This document shows, in pieces, positions 1 through 6,829 of a stretch of DNA of 32,738 nt (position 1 is the stretch's first letter; each line of letters starts with the position of its first letter). The DNA lies in IMG/VR virus record IMGVR_UViG_3300038701_001390, positions 1 through 32,738 of that record. One strand, given 5' to 3'. A program made the position numbers and the translations under genes. The stretch comes from a virus. The notes under the pieces are model-generated. The model saw only the letters and a list, made by a program, of their open reading frames with translations, made no database searches and had not been told where the DNA came from.

Positions 1-127
1 GCGCGCAAAACATCACAATTGCGTTTTACGATCAGAGGTGTTGACCAATAAACACAAAAGTGATACAAAGATAATACAGGCACAAAACAAAGGAGTTAAA
101 TATGAACCAGCTTACACCATTCAAGGC
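1..127. repeat. Exact 127-bp terminal direct repeat, copy 1 (identical to 32612..32738); most likely an assembly closure overlap
   Basis: Base-by-base reading shows 1..127 equals 32612..32738. Positions 1..51 repeat the last 16 codons plus stop of the exonuclease gene (ARKTSQLRFTIRGVDQ*). Positions 102..127 are the start of recT. Confidence 0.95.
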
Positions 128-992
128 TGCATTACAGCGGCATGAAAATAACCTTGAGAAATGCTTACCAAAGTTTGCAAATGTTCTGCCAAGCCACGTT
201 GAGCCGCAGAAAATCATGCAATCTGTAATGAACGCATTAAGCCAAAACCAATACCTTGCCACCAGCTGTGACGCTGGCAGCGTTATGCAGGCGGCAATGA
301 CAGCCGCCGTGCTTGGTCTTGAGGTTGATAATGTCACAGGTCAGGGGTACATCACGCCATTTAAAGGCAAAGCCCAATTTATCACAGGGTATAAAGGTTA
401 TATCACCCTTGCCATGAATAGTGGTTTTATCGTGTCAGGTGAGGCGGTACGTGAGAAAGACAAGTTTTCATACAGTCAGGGTCTTAACCCACATCTTGAC
501 CACGTCCCGGCCACAGGCAGCCCGTCAGAGCGCGGTGATATTGTTTACACCTATGCCATAGCGCGGCACAACACATTGCCCTCTTTGTTTAAAGTGGTGC
601 ACGTTGAGGACATAAATAAAATACGTGACGGGTCAGAAGGGTATAAAGCTTTTATGGCTGGCAAAATAAAAAGCACGCCGTGGGCAACAAACTATGAAAA
701 AATGGCTATCAAAACAGCTATCAGAAACCTTGCGCCTCAATTACCGTTGAGCGTACAGAAAGCCAACGCCATCGAGTCGGCGTATGAAACTGGCAAAAGA
801 TCATATCTCAATGAGCGCGGTGACGTTATCATTGAGAATGAAACCCAAGAAACAGACAAGGGCGGCAGCAATGAGCAGCCAACCGCGGCTGATCTTGGTA
901 TTGAGGATGACATATGCGGTCATTGCCACGGCACAGGTCAAATGGATGATCTGATCGGCGGCAAGCAACCGTGTGTGCATTGTGGGAGTTAA
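102..992 (+). CDS. recT: RecT-family single-strand annealing recombinase with a C-terminal CxxCxGxG zinc-finger tail
   Basis: 296-aa ORF with AAAGGAG 7 nt upstream of the ATG. It has a RecT-like core (GYITPFKGKAQFITGYKGYITLA, WATNYEKMAIKTAIRNL). It lies immediately downstream of a YqaJ-type exonuclease across the circular junction. The last ~30 aa read CGHCHGTGQMDDLIGGKQPCVHCGS. Confidence 0.85.
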   Translation: MNQLTPFKAALQRHENNLEKCLPKFANVLPSHVEPQKIMQSVMNALSQNQYLATSCDAGSVMQAAMTAAVLGLEVDNVTGQGYITPFKGKAQFITGYKGYITLAMNSGFIVSGEAVREKDKFSYSQGLNPHLDHVPATGSPSERGDIVYTYAIARHNTLPSLFKVVHVEDINKIRDGSEGYKAFMAGKIKSTPWATNYEKMAIKTAIRNLAPQLPLSVQKANAIESAYETGKRSYLNERGDVIIENETQETDKGGSNEQPTAADLGIEDDICGHCHGTGQMDDLIGGKQPCVHCGS

Positions 993-994
993 AT

Positions 995-1855
995 ATGACA
1001 AAAATTATAGGGTGGTGGTCAGGTGGTGTGACAAGTGCCGTTGCATGTTATTTAGCAATCCAACAATACGGTAAAGAAAATTGCCGTGTTATAATGCTTG
1101 ATACGGGGAACGAACATTATGACACATACCGTTTTAAGGGAGATTGTGAAAAATGGTATGGTTTACCTATTGAGGTTTTAAAGTCAGGAAAGTACCGTAC
1201 CATTCAAGATACATGGTACACATACAACAGCCTTAATACTGCCAATGGTGCGATTTGCTCTTATATGCTAAAACGAAAAGTGCGCGAAGATTGGGAAAAA
1301 GAAAATGATTTTGACCATCAGATTTTCGGTTTTGAGTTTGATAGCAAAGAATTTAAAAGGGCAATGTCATTAAAATTAAATCATCCAAACACAAAGCCAC
1401 TATTTCCTTTATTGCAATATGGGTTGACCAAAAAAGATTGTATTGAAATAGTTGAAAAATTTGGACTTATTTTACCAATGGCTTACCTTATGGGTTTTCA
1501 AAACAATAATTGTCTTAATACAGGTTGCGTACAAGGTGGCATAGGTTATTGGAAAAAAATGCAATCTGAAATGCCAGAAAATTTCGAGCGCATGGCACAG
1601 GTTGAACATGATTTAACTGACCGTAAAGGAAAGCCTGTGACAATGCTTAAAGACCAATCAAAACAGGCAAAAGAAAGAGGTATTGAGTTAGTATTTTTAA
1701 AGCCACATCCAGATTATCCAAAATATAAATGTTTAGATGATATGCAAGGAAGACCAGTTGAACCTTTAATGGAGTGCAACGGCTTTTGCGGTGTGAATGA
1801 TCTTATTCCAAACAATGAACAGCCAACACAATTTGAATTAGCATATGAGGACTAA
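995..1855 (+). CDS. PP-loop ATP pyrophosphatase, PAPS-reductase-like family
   Basis: The ORF-track start at 971 overlaps recT. The ATG at 995 (MTKIIGWW) has GGGAG 6 nt upstream. PP-loop motif WSGGVTSAV is followed by VIMLDTGNEHYDTYRF, the DTG motif typical of the PAPS-reductase/CysH-like fold. The gene is markedly more AT-rich than its neighbours. Confidence 0.7.
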   Translation: MTKIIGWWSGGVTSAVACYLAIQQYGKENCRVIMLDTGNEHYDTYRFKGDCEKWYGLPIEVLKSGKYRTIQDTWYTYNSLNTANGAICSYMLKRKVREDWEKENDFDHQIFGFEFDSKEFKRAMSLKLNHPNTKPLFPLLQYGLTKKDCIEIVEKFGLILPMAYLMGFQNNNCLNTGCVQGGIGYWKKMQSEMPENFERMAQVEHDLTDRKGKPVTMLKDQSKQAKERGIELVFLKPHPDYPKYKCLDDMQGRPVEPLMECNGFCGVNDLIPNNEQPTQFELAYED

Positions 1856-1857
1856 AA

Positions 1858-1998
1858 ATGAAATACGGTTATGACATCCGCACAGGGCGTGAGCTTACGG
1901 CAAAAGAATACGCTGACAAGCTCCGCTCTATCAATAACGCGATCAGGAATCGCAGAACAAAAACCCCGTCATTATTTGATAGAAAGGTATTACAATGA
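1858..1998 (+). CDS. Hypothetical 46-aa basic protein (below the ORF-track cutoff)
   Basis: The ATG at 1858 has GAGGA 6 nt upstream. Translation is [46 protein letters not shown]. Its stop overlaps the next start as ATGA (1995-1998) and fills the gap exactly. Confidence 0.5.
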   Translation: MKYGYDIRTGRELTAKEYADKLRSINNAIRNRRTKTPSLFDRKVLQ

Positions 1999-2288
1999 CT
2001 GACACTGAAAATTTACCAGCTGAAACAGAAACTCAAGACGTTGGCGGCGTGGCCGGTGCGCGGATCAAGGCATTTATTGAGCGCATAGAACGCCTTGAAG
2101 AAGAAAAGCAAACCATTGCAGATGACATTAAAGACGTTTACGCAGAGGCAAAGGGCACGGGCTTTGACACCAAAACCATACGCAAGCTGATTGCGCTGCG
2201 CAAAATTGACGCAAACAAGCGCAGTGAGGCAGAGGCAACACTTGAGCTTTATGCCAGCGCAATTGGTATGCAACACGTTTTACTTTAA
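1995..2288 (+). CDS. gapR: GapR-like nucleoid-associated DNA-binding protein (DUF2312/UPF0335)
   Basis: 97-aa [71 protein letters not shown] aligns almost residue-for-residue with my recollection of Caulobacter GapR (IIDRVERLEVEK...EVYAEAKGNGFDVKVLKKVV..RK.D..KR......L.LY.SAIG). Confidence 0.85.
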   Translation: MTDTENLPAETETQDVGGVAGARIKAFIERIERLEEEKQTIADDIKDVYAEAKGTGFDTKTIRKLIALRKIDANKRSEAEATLELYASAIGMQHVLL

Positions 2289-2303
2289 CCAGAGAGGAAT
2301 CCT

Positions 2304-2666
2304 ATGAGCGATCTTGATATTAAACACTTTGCCCAAAAAATGCTGAACATGACAAAAAACATGTCTGGCAATTACAATTACCCAATACCTGTGAAACGCC
2401 TGCGCGCGCTGTGCAACAACGTATTAAATAATGAGGTTGAGGCAGTATCTTTGCCCGTACTCACAGACGTTGAAAACTCTGTTTTGCAGGCAATCAAACA
2501 AGACCATATGCAGGGCATACAGCCAACCGTCAGAACCGTTGCTGATAGGCTTGATTATAAAACGCCAAGCTCTGCTGCCGTGGTCATAAACAGGCTTATC
2601 AAGCACGGTTATATCAAGCGTGAGGGCAGCCGCAAGCAGATTGTGGTGGTCAACGGCCGATCATAA
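2304..2666 (+). CDS. Winged-helix regulator with a LexA-type DNA-binding domain and no S24 autoprotease domain
   Basis: 120-aa ORF with a GAGAGGA SD. LTDVENSVLQAIKQDHMQGIQPTVRTVADRLDYKTPSSAAVVINRLIKHGYIKRE parallels the E. coli LexA N-terminus ([54 protein letters not shown]). The protein ends about 15 aa later, so it has no Ala-Gly cleavage site and no Ser/Lys dyad domain. Confidence 0.6.
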   Translation: MSDLDIKHFAQKMLNMTKNMSGNYNYPIPVKRLRALCNNVLNNEVEAVSLPVLTDVENSVLQAIKQDHMQGIQPTVRTVADRLDYKTPSSAAVVINRLIKHGYIKREGSRKQIVVVNGRS

Positions 2667-2704
2667 CTGTATATTGATATTGTCACTCCTTTGTGACAGT
2701 GCCT

Positions 2705-2756
2705 GAAACGGCGGTATGTTCTTCCCCACTGACTGAATTGCCGCCGTTTCTTTATT
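2705..2756 (+). terminator. Intrinsic terminator of the rightward unit
   Basis: A perfect 10-bp stem, GAAACGGCGG (2705-2714) with CCGCCGTTTC (2741-2750), is followed by TTTATT. It lies 39 nt after the last + strand stop. The 26-nt loop is long for a classic terminator. Confidence 0.55.
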
Positions 2757-2759
2757 CGG

Positions 2760-2786
2760 AAAATAAAGAGCCCCATGACGGGGCCC
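2760..2786 (-). terminator. Intrinsic terminator of the leftward unit
   Basis: The minus strand reads GGGCCCC-GTCAT-GGGGCTC followed by TTTATTTT. It lies 54 nt downstream of the spanin stop (2840) and faces the + strand terminator. Confidence 0.65.
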
Positions 2787-2839
2787 AGGTTAAACAGTAT
2801 TAATGCTGTTTTTATTTTTTCTTTGCGGGGTTTTTTGCT

Positions 2840-3274
2840 TTAGTCATTTTGTGTGCTCCTTTGTTTGACACGGTTGATAAAATCCTGACAGCCTATAAGC
2901 GTCAGTCTGGTTTGTTCTGCTCTGCCTGCGTAGTCATACAGCCATTGATCTGACAATCCATTTCTGTCAGAAAGCTCTGCTGTTGCGGCGGATTCAGAAT
3001 CCCGGCCGGCACTGCGGGTAACGGGGACGCATTTTGCGGGGCGTTTGCGCAGGCGGTCAAGCTCACGGTTAAGATTATTAATACTGCTCTGGTAATCATT
3101 GGCAACCCTTTCTGTAATTTTTACATTTTGCTCATGGGTTTTTATTGTGGCATTTGCCGCCCGTATTTGACCCGTGAGCACGTCATTGGCATTTGATAGG
3201 TGATCAATGCGCCAAGTTAAAAGACCGCATACAACAGTCATGACAGCCAGCGTAATGATATAATACTTTGTCAT
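2840..3274 (-). CDS. Rz: i-spanin (Rz-like inner-membrane spanin)
   Basis: The ATG at 3274 forms an ATGA overlap with the endolysin stop; the longer ORF-track start at 3298 is unlikely. It has an N-terminal TM helix (YYIITLAVMTVVCGLLTW) followed by a coiled-coil periplasmic region. It is the last gene of the lysis cassette and contains an embedded lipoprotein ORF. Confidence 0.75.
   Translation of the reverse strand: MTKYYIITLAVMTVVCGLLTWRIDHLSNANDVLTGQIRAANATIKTHEQNVKITERVANDYQSSINNLNRELDRLRKRPAKCVPVTRSAGRDSESAATAELSDRNGLSDQWLYDYAGRAEQTRLTLIGCQDFINRVKQRSTQND
2902..3099 (-). CDS. Rz1: o-spanin (Rz1-like outer-membrane lipoprotein), fully embedded in the +1 frame of the i-spanin
   Basis: The ATG at 3099 has AAAGGG 6 nt upstream; the ORF-track start at 3105 is a TTG. 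The signal peptide plus lipobox reads MITRAVLIILTVSLTAC, and the mature part is short and Pro-rich (PLPAVPAGILNPP). This is the classic embedded Rz/Rz1 architecture. Confidence 0.7.
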   Translation of the reverse strand: MITRAVLIILTVSLTACANAPQNASPLPAVPAGILNPPQQQSFLTEMDCQINGCMTTQAEQNKPD

Positions 3275-3861
3275 ACTGACCCCCAGCTGCTGCGCCAATC
3301 TTTGTAAGCAACAAGCACGCGCTCAAGCAATGGTGTTTTAAAATCTTTATCAAGACCAGCCATGCACAAGGTGCGCTCTGATATGCGGTGCGAATCTCCC
3401 CTAAATCTGCGGTTTTCAAGCCCTCTGTATTTTTTGCCATTTACAAAAACCCAACGTGAGAGCTGATTGCAAGCACCGTACAAATCCCCTGCATTGGCTT
3501 TGCGAATCAGGGTTGAACGGCAAGCCGCACCAGAACCAACATTGAATGTGAATGATATGAAAGCCGCCTTTGTTTCAATAGGCAGATCAACATTAAGGCA
3601 TTGATCAAGCCGCGCCTCATGAGCATTTACCTCTTTGGCAGCCAGCTTGTCACATTCACGATCAGTATATATCTTTCCAGCTTTGACGGCCGGGCCGGTG
3701 ATACCATCACAAACAGTCAAAACACCACCAACATCATAATATGGTGTATAAACACGCCCCTCCCACGGGCCAATCAATGTGGCAAAAGCAAGCGTGCCCG
3801 CTGCGCTCATACCAAGAACGCCTTTACCTATTTGACGGCTGGCTGTTGCAATGCTCATCAT
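3271..3861 (-). CDS. SAR endolysin (GH24 T4/P21-type lysozyme with an N-terminal signal-arrest-release helix)
   Basis: 196 aa. A weakly hydrophobic Gly/Ala-rich N-terminal helix (GVLGMSAAGTLAFATLIG) is followed by WEGRVYTPYYDVGGVLTVCDGITG. This matches the E-D-T catalytic pattern of P21 R-type SAR lysozymes (EG..Y.PY.D..GV.TVC.G.TG). It has ATGA overlaps at both ends. Confidence 0.85.
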   Translation of the reverse strand: MMSIATASRQIGKGVLGMSAAGTLAFATLIGPWEGRVYTPYYDVGGVLTVCDGITGPAVKAGKIYTDRECDKLAAKEVNAHEARLDQCLNVDLPIETKAAFISFTFNVGSGAACRSTLIRKANAGDLYGACNQLSRWVFVNGKKYRGLENRRFRGDSHRISERTLCMAGLDKDFKTPLLERVLVAYKDWRSSWGSV

Positions 3862-4286
3862 TCAACCTTTTTCTTAGGGTTTGGGTATTGCACATACAAA
3901 TCTTTTTCAAGCTGTTGCAAACGCTCACTGGTTTTGTCCATAAAATTTGTGCGCTTGATCAGCTCATTTTCAACCAGCTTTATACGGTTATCGTACAAAC
4001 GCATTTCCATCATAAAATCATCTTTTGTAAAACGCGGCTGGTTTGTAAATTGCTTAAACTCATTAAGCCTTTCTTGCATTTGTGTTTGCTGCCATGTCAA
4101 ACGCTCAATACTTGAACGCAGGGCAGGTATTTGAACAGTGAACAATCCAAACAGGGCAATGATCGCAACCGTGCTGACACCTGTGGCAATTTTCATTGCC
4201 ATTTCAACAAATGGGTGTGTCGGTTTACGGCTGTTGTTTAAAGCCTTTTCTAATTTTGTAAGAACATCTAATGCTTGCTTGTCCAT
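3858..4286 (-). CDS. Putative holin or lysis regulator (single TM helix plus long coiled coil)
   Basis: 142 aa, directly upstream of the endolysin and translationally coupled to it. It has one TM segment (AMKIATGVSTVAIIALFGLFTV) and an AAAGGGGA SD. It was assigned by position only; it is not a typical two-TMD pinholin. Confidence 0.45.
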   Translation of the reverse strand: MDKQALDVLTKLEKALNNSRKPTHPFVEMAMKIATGVSTVAIIALFGLFTVQIPALRSSIERLTWQQTQMQERLNEFKQFTNQPRFTKDDFMMEMRLYDNRIKLVENELIKRTNFMDKTSERLQQLEKDLYVQYPNPKKKVE

Positions 4287-4708
4287 TTAAAATCCCCTTT
4301 AAATTTACTATATACCCAAACCGCGCTGTAAAAAGCCTGAACCCGCCAAGATTTAATGCCGAAATGTTTAAGTGCGGATCTAAATAATCTGTCACTTTGA
4401 CCCCGTGTGATCAGGTGCATATTGCCGTTTATATCAGTTATTTCACCATCATTGCGCGCAATATAGTCGTGTATTACAGCCCCGGCCGTTTGTAACCCGT
4501 GACGCTCAACAACAGAGCGAAACGCAGCGGGCACGCTTGCAAGATCAGATTTAAAACCTGATTTTATTTTAAACTTAAAAACCTCACCATTATCATAAAT
4601 ATCAAAATAAAAATCCTGGATGAGTTTGAAGTGCAATCCGCTTTCACTATCAGCTCTTATGTCTGGTTGAGCATGATTATTGCCGCCATGTGAATGTAGG
4701 AATTTCAT
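4268..4708 (-). CDS. DUF1353-like phage protein
   Basis: 146 aa. FKSDLASVPAAFRSV...GAVIHDYIARNDG resembles the DUF1353 signature (..DgaSiP.........aavlHDyly). It has a TAATG overlap with the upstream gene and lies in an AT-rich block. Confidence 0.5.
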   Translation of the reverse strand: MKFLHSHGGNNHAQPDIRADSESGLHFKLIQDFYFDIYDNGEVFKFKIKSGFKSDLASVPAAFRSVVERHGLQTAGAVIHDYIARNDGEITDINGNMHLITRGQSDRLFRSALKHFGIKSWRVQAFYSAVWVYSKFKGDFKWTSKH

Positions 4709-5229
4709 TATGCAAGCCTTTCATCAAAATCTGCTTTGGCAGATTCCCAATTTTTATAAGCTGTGTTTTCATGCCGTTTGATAACATATTCATATGCCGC
4801 CCATACTTTTTGCTCCCATAAACCGCCCTGCACAAAAAGCCCTTTGAATGTTGATAGCGTAACCTCATGCCATTGGTTAGGCCCTTTCCAACCTATAGTA
4901 AATTCAGGGTCGTTTTTAATTTCCAGCATTTTAATAATCTGGTGCATTTTATTTGCTGTGTCTGGGTCATTGATAGCTTCCACACCTCTGAATGAAACAA
5001 CATCTTTAACCCGTAAATCACGGTATTCTTTGAGTTTAGTATTTAACTCTTTTGTAAAAACTTTTTTATCGTCATAATTCTCAAATATAGATTTAAGCTC
5101 ATTATCTGTTTTATCTTCATAGTGGTATGTATTTCCACGAATTAAAGCTTTTTCAATATCTAAATCATTTTCCTCTGCTAAAAAACTAAAATCATAGTTA
5201 TTTACATTGTCTAATGTGATCTTACCCAT
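4708..5229 (-). CDS. Hypothetical protein, possibly a DUF4376-like tail-fibre accessory
   Basis: 173 aa, immediately downstream of the tail fibre with a TAATG overlap. It is very AT-rich (hand count: 13 G+C in 5041-5100). The C-terminal half (IGWKGPNQWHEVTLSTFKGLF...) loosely resembles DUF4376. Confidence 0.45.
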   Translation of the reverse strand: MGKITLDNVNNYDFSFLAEENDLDIEKALIRGNTYHYEDKTDNELKSIFENYDDKKVFTKELNTKLKEYRDLRVKDVVSFRGVEAINDPDTANKMHQIIKMLEIKNDPEFTIGWKGPNQWHEVTLSTFKGLFVQGGLWEQKVWAAYEYVIKRHENTAYKNWESAKADFDERLA

Positions 5230-6800
5230 TACGCCATTACCTCCATAGTCATAAAGTTTGCCAAAGAACCATTGCCAATATTAGTTGATTTTGAACCGCC
5301 CGAGCTTTGACGTATTCCTAATTCAATATAATCACCCTCTGAAACATCTATAACTGCTGACACCATTCCAGCCGCACCGTCTATTTGATTGTTCATTGAT
5401 GTTCTATTGTATAAAGAACCATTTTTATAAACTGCAAGCGCAAGTTGTGACCATGTTGCCCCTACAAAAAAGAACACCCCCCCTGTTATTCTAACTTTTG
5501 AAACACCTGCGGGAATTGTCATTCTTGAATTATTTGTCGCATTATCATGAAAACCATCAGTATCCCATGTTTCGGCATCAAAATTTAAAACCGTATATGT
5601 ATTGTTTGGAATAGACTGGCTTGTTGCTTGATAAACACTTGCACCACTAACACCTCCGCCGCCACCAGCAAGTGCGGCGATAGCCTGCGCCACCCGCTCT
5701 GGTGTCATAAGTTTATTTGTTGCTGTGCCTGCCTCTGCCTCTGCCTGACTTGCTAAAGCAGAGCCCGCAAGTTTTGCAAACGTGATTATGCTGTCATCAA
5801 TTAAAGCTGCACTATCAATTGTCCCTTTTACCGCAAGTGCGCCTAAACCAAGATTTGTGCGTGCGGCTGACGCACTAACAAGATCAGAAAGATTGTTTGC
5901 GCGGGCAAGAAAATCATTACCTTGAACATATGCGGCAACCCACAAGCTGCCCGTGTAAATCTTCATTTCGCCATCAACACTATTGAAATACAATGCGCCT
6001 GCAACCAACGCATCGCCATCATTATCAAGTGTTGGATCAGAGGTTTTTGCACCAAGGTATCTGTCATCAAAACTATCAAGAGCAGCAAATGTTGCATCAC
6101 GCGCAGCCTCTGTATTACTCAATGCCGTTGCTGCATCAGACGCAGAGCTTGCAGCGTTTGCTGCCTCGGTTGGTGCGGCAATAATTGCGGCAATATTAGT
6201 CGCAGCCGTGTTGATAGCGGTGATATTTGTGGCGTTTGTATTTATAGAGCTAATATTTGAGCTGACAATCGCAGCATTAGTTTCAAGATCAGCAAGGCTT
6301 GCCGCTGTGTTTCTTATAACACCGGCCACGCCATCCCATATAAAACCATAACCGTCAATAGGGTCAGGTAGTGTCAATGTTGCAAGTGTTGTGTCAACGG
6401 GCGCAAGTGGTGCGCGAGCCAAGTCACGGCGCAGCTGCTGTATTTGCTGTGTGATCAAATCAAGCTCACGGTTTAAAGTATCAGCAAAAAAATCACCAGC
6501 TTGATTAAAGTCGGTTGTGCGGCTTTGCGGCGCAGCTTGATAAATTGTGTAAACTTCACCTGCAACAGCTGGCGTGGTCAGGTTGATTGTACCGCCCGCC
6601 TGCACATTAACAGAGCCAGAGGGTACTGTGTAACCAGTGTCTTTTGTAAGTAAACTGATTGTGCCGTCAGTGGCTGTTTTATAAACATCAAGGTGCGTAT
6701 CAGCGTAAATTGGAAAATCAAAATCGGCAGTGGTTTCACCGCCCGTCATGACATTGCGGGTTTTACCGTCATTTTGATTAATCTTAATTGCTGTGGTCAT
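5229..6800 (-). CDS. Tail fibre: T7 gp17-type N-terminal adaptor domain, repetitive shaft, C1q/TNF-like C-terminal tip
   Basis: 523 aa. The N-terminus (ADFDFPIYADTHLDVY...YTIYQAAPQSRTTDFNQAGDFFADTLNRELDLITQQIQQL) follows the T7 tail-fibre N-domain pattern (DF.IPF.Y....V.....I.R.T.....DF.DGS.L.A.DLN....Q). The middle is a repetitive Ala/Asn/Thr shaft (NISSINTNATNITAINTAATNIAAI). After a GGGGG linker comes a jelly-roll-like tip (FDAETWDTDGFHD...IPAGVSKVRITGG...VYKNGSLY...VSEGDYIEL). Confidence 0.8.
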   Translation of the reverse strand: MTTAIKINQNDGKTRNVMTGGETTADFDFPIYADTHLDVYKTATDGTISLLTKDTGYTVPSGSVNVQAGGTINLTTPAVAGEVYTIYQAAPQSRTTDFNQAGDFFADTLNRELDLITQQIQQLRRDLARAPLAPVDTTLATLTLPDPIDGYGFIWDGVAGVIRNTAASLADLETNAAIVSSNISSINTNATNITAINTAATNIAAIIAAPTEAANAASSASDAATALSNTEAARDATFAALDSFDDRYLGAKTSDPTLDNDGDALVAGALYFNSVDGEMKIYTGSLWVAAYVQGNDFLARANNLSDLVSASAARTNLGLGALAVKGTIDSAALIDDSIITFAKLAGSALASQAEAEAGTATNKLMTPERVAQAIAALAGGGGGVSGASVYQATSQSIPNNTYTVLNFDAETWDTDGFHDNATNNSRMTIPAGVSKVRITGGVFFFVGATWSQLALAVYKNGSLYNRTSMNNQIDGAAGMVSAVIDVSEGDYIELGIRQSSGGSKSTNIGNGSLANFMTMEVMA

Positions 6801-6829
6801 GGCATCCTCTCTGCGTTATTGTACCCTAA

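Noticed and set aside
1-127. Terminal repeat as a genuine phage direct terminal repeat or cos region
   Set aside because: The length equals a standard assembler k-mer. The repeat cuts through the exonuclease coding sequence and the recT start with no sequence feature at its borders. An assembly closure artefact is the simpler explanation.
995-1855. PP-loop enzyme as a TilS-like lysidine synthetase acting on the phage tRNA(CAU)
   Set aside because: This was tempting because both genes are in one genome. However, the SGG..S plus DTG..F.ET-like arrangement and the gene length fit the PAPS-reductase fold, not TilS. The tRNA itself looks initiator-like rather than Ile2-like.
2681-2698. Hairpin TGTCAC-TCCTTT-GTGACA just after the last rightward gene as a terminator or operator
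   Set aside because: The stem is only 6 bp and has no T tract. The stronger 10-bp hairpin plus T run at 2705-2756 is the more likely terminator. A protein-binding role cannot be judged from sequence alone.
3601-4134. 177-aa and 124-aa + strand ORFs antisense to the endolysin and holin genes
   Set aside because: They are antisense to strongly supported lysis genes and have no SD. Their composition is biased (Ser/Phe/Cys/Ile) and unlike that of real proteins in this genome.
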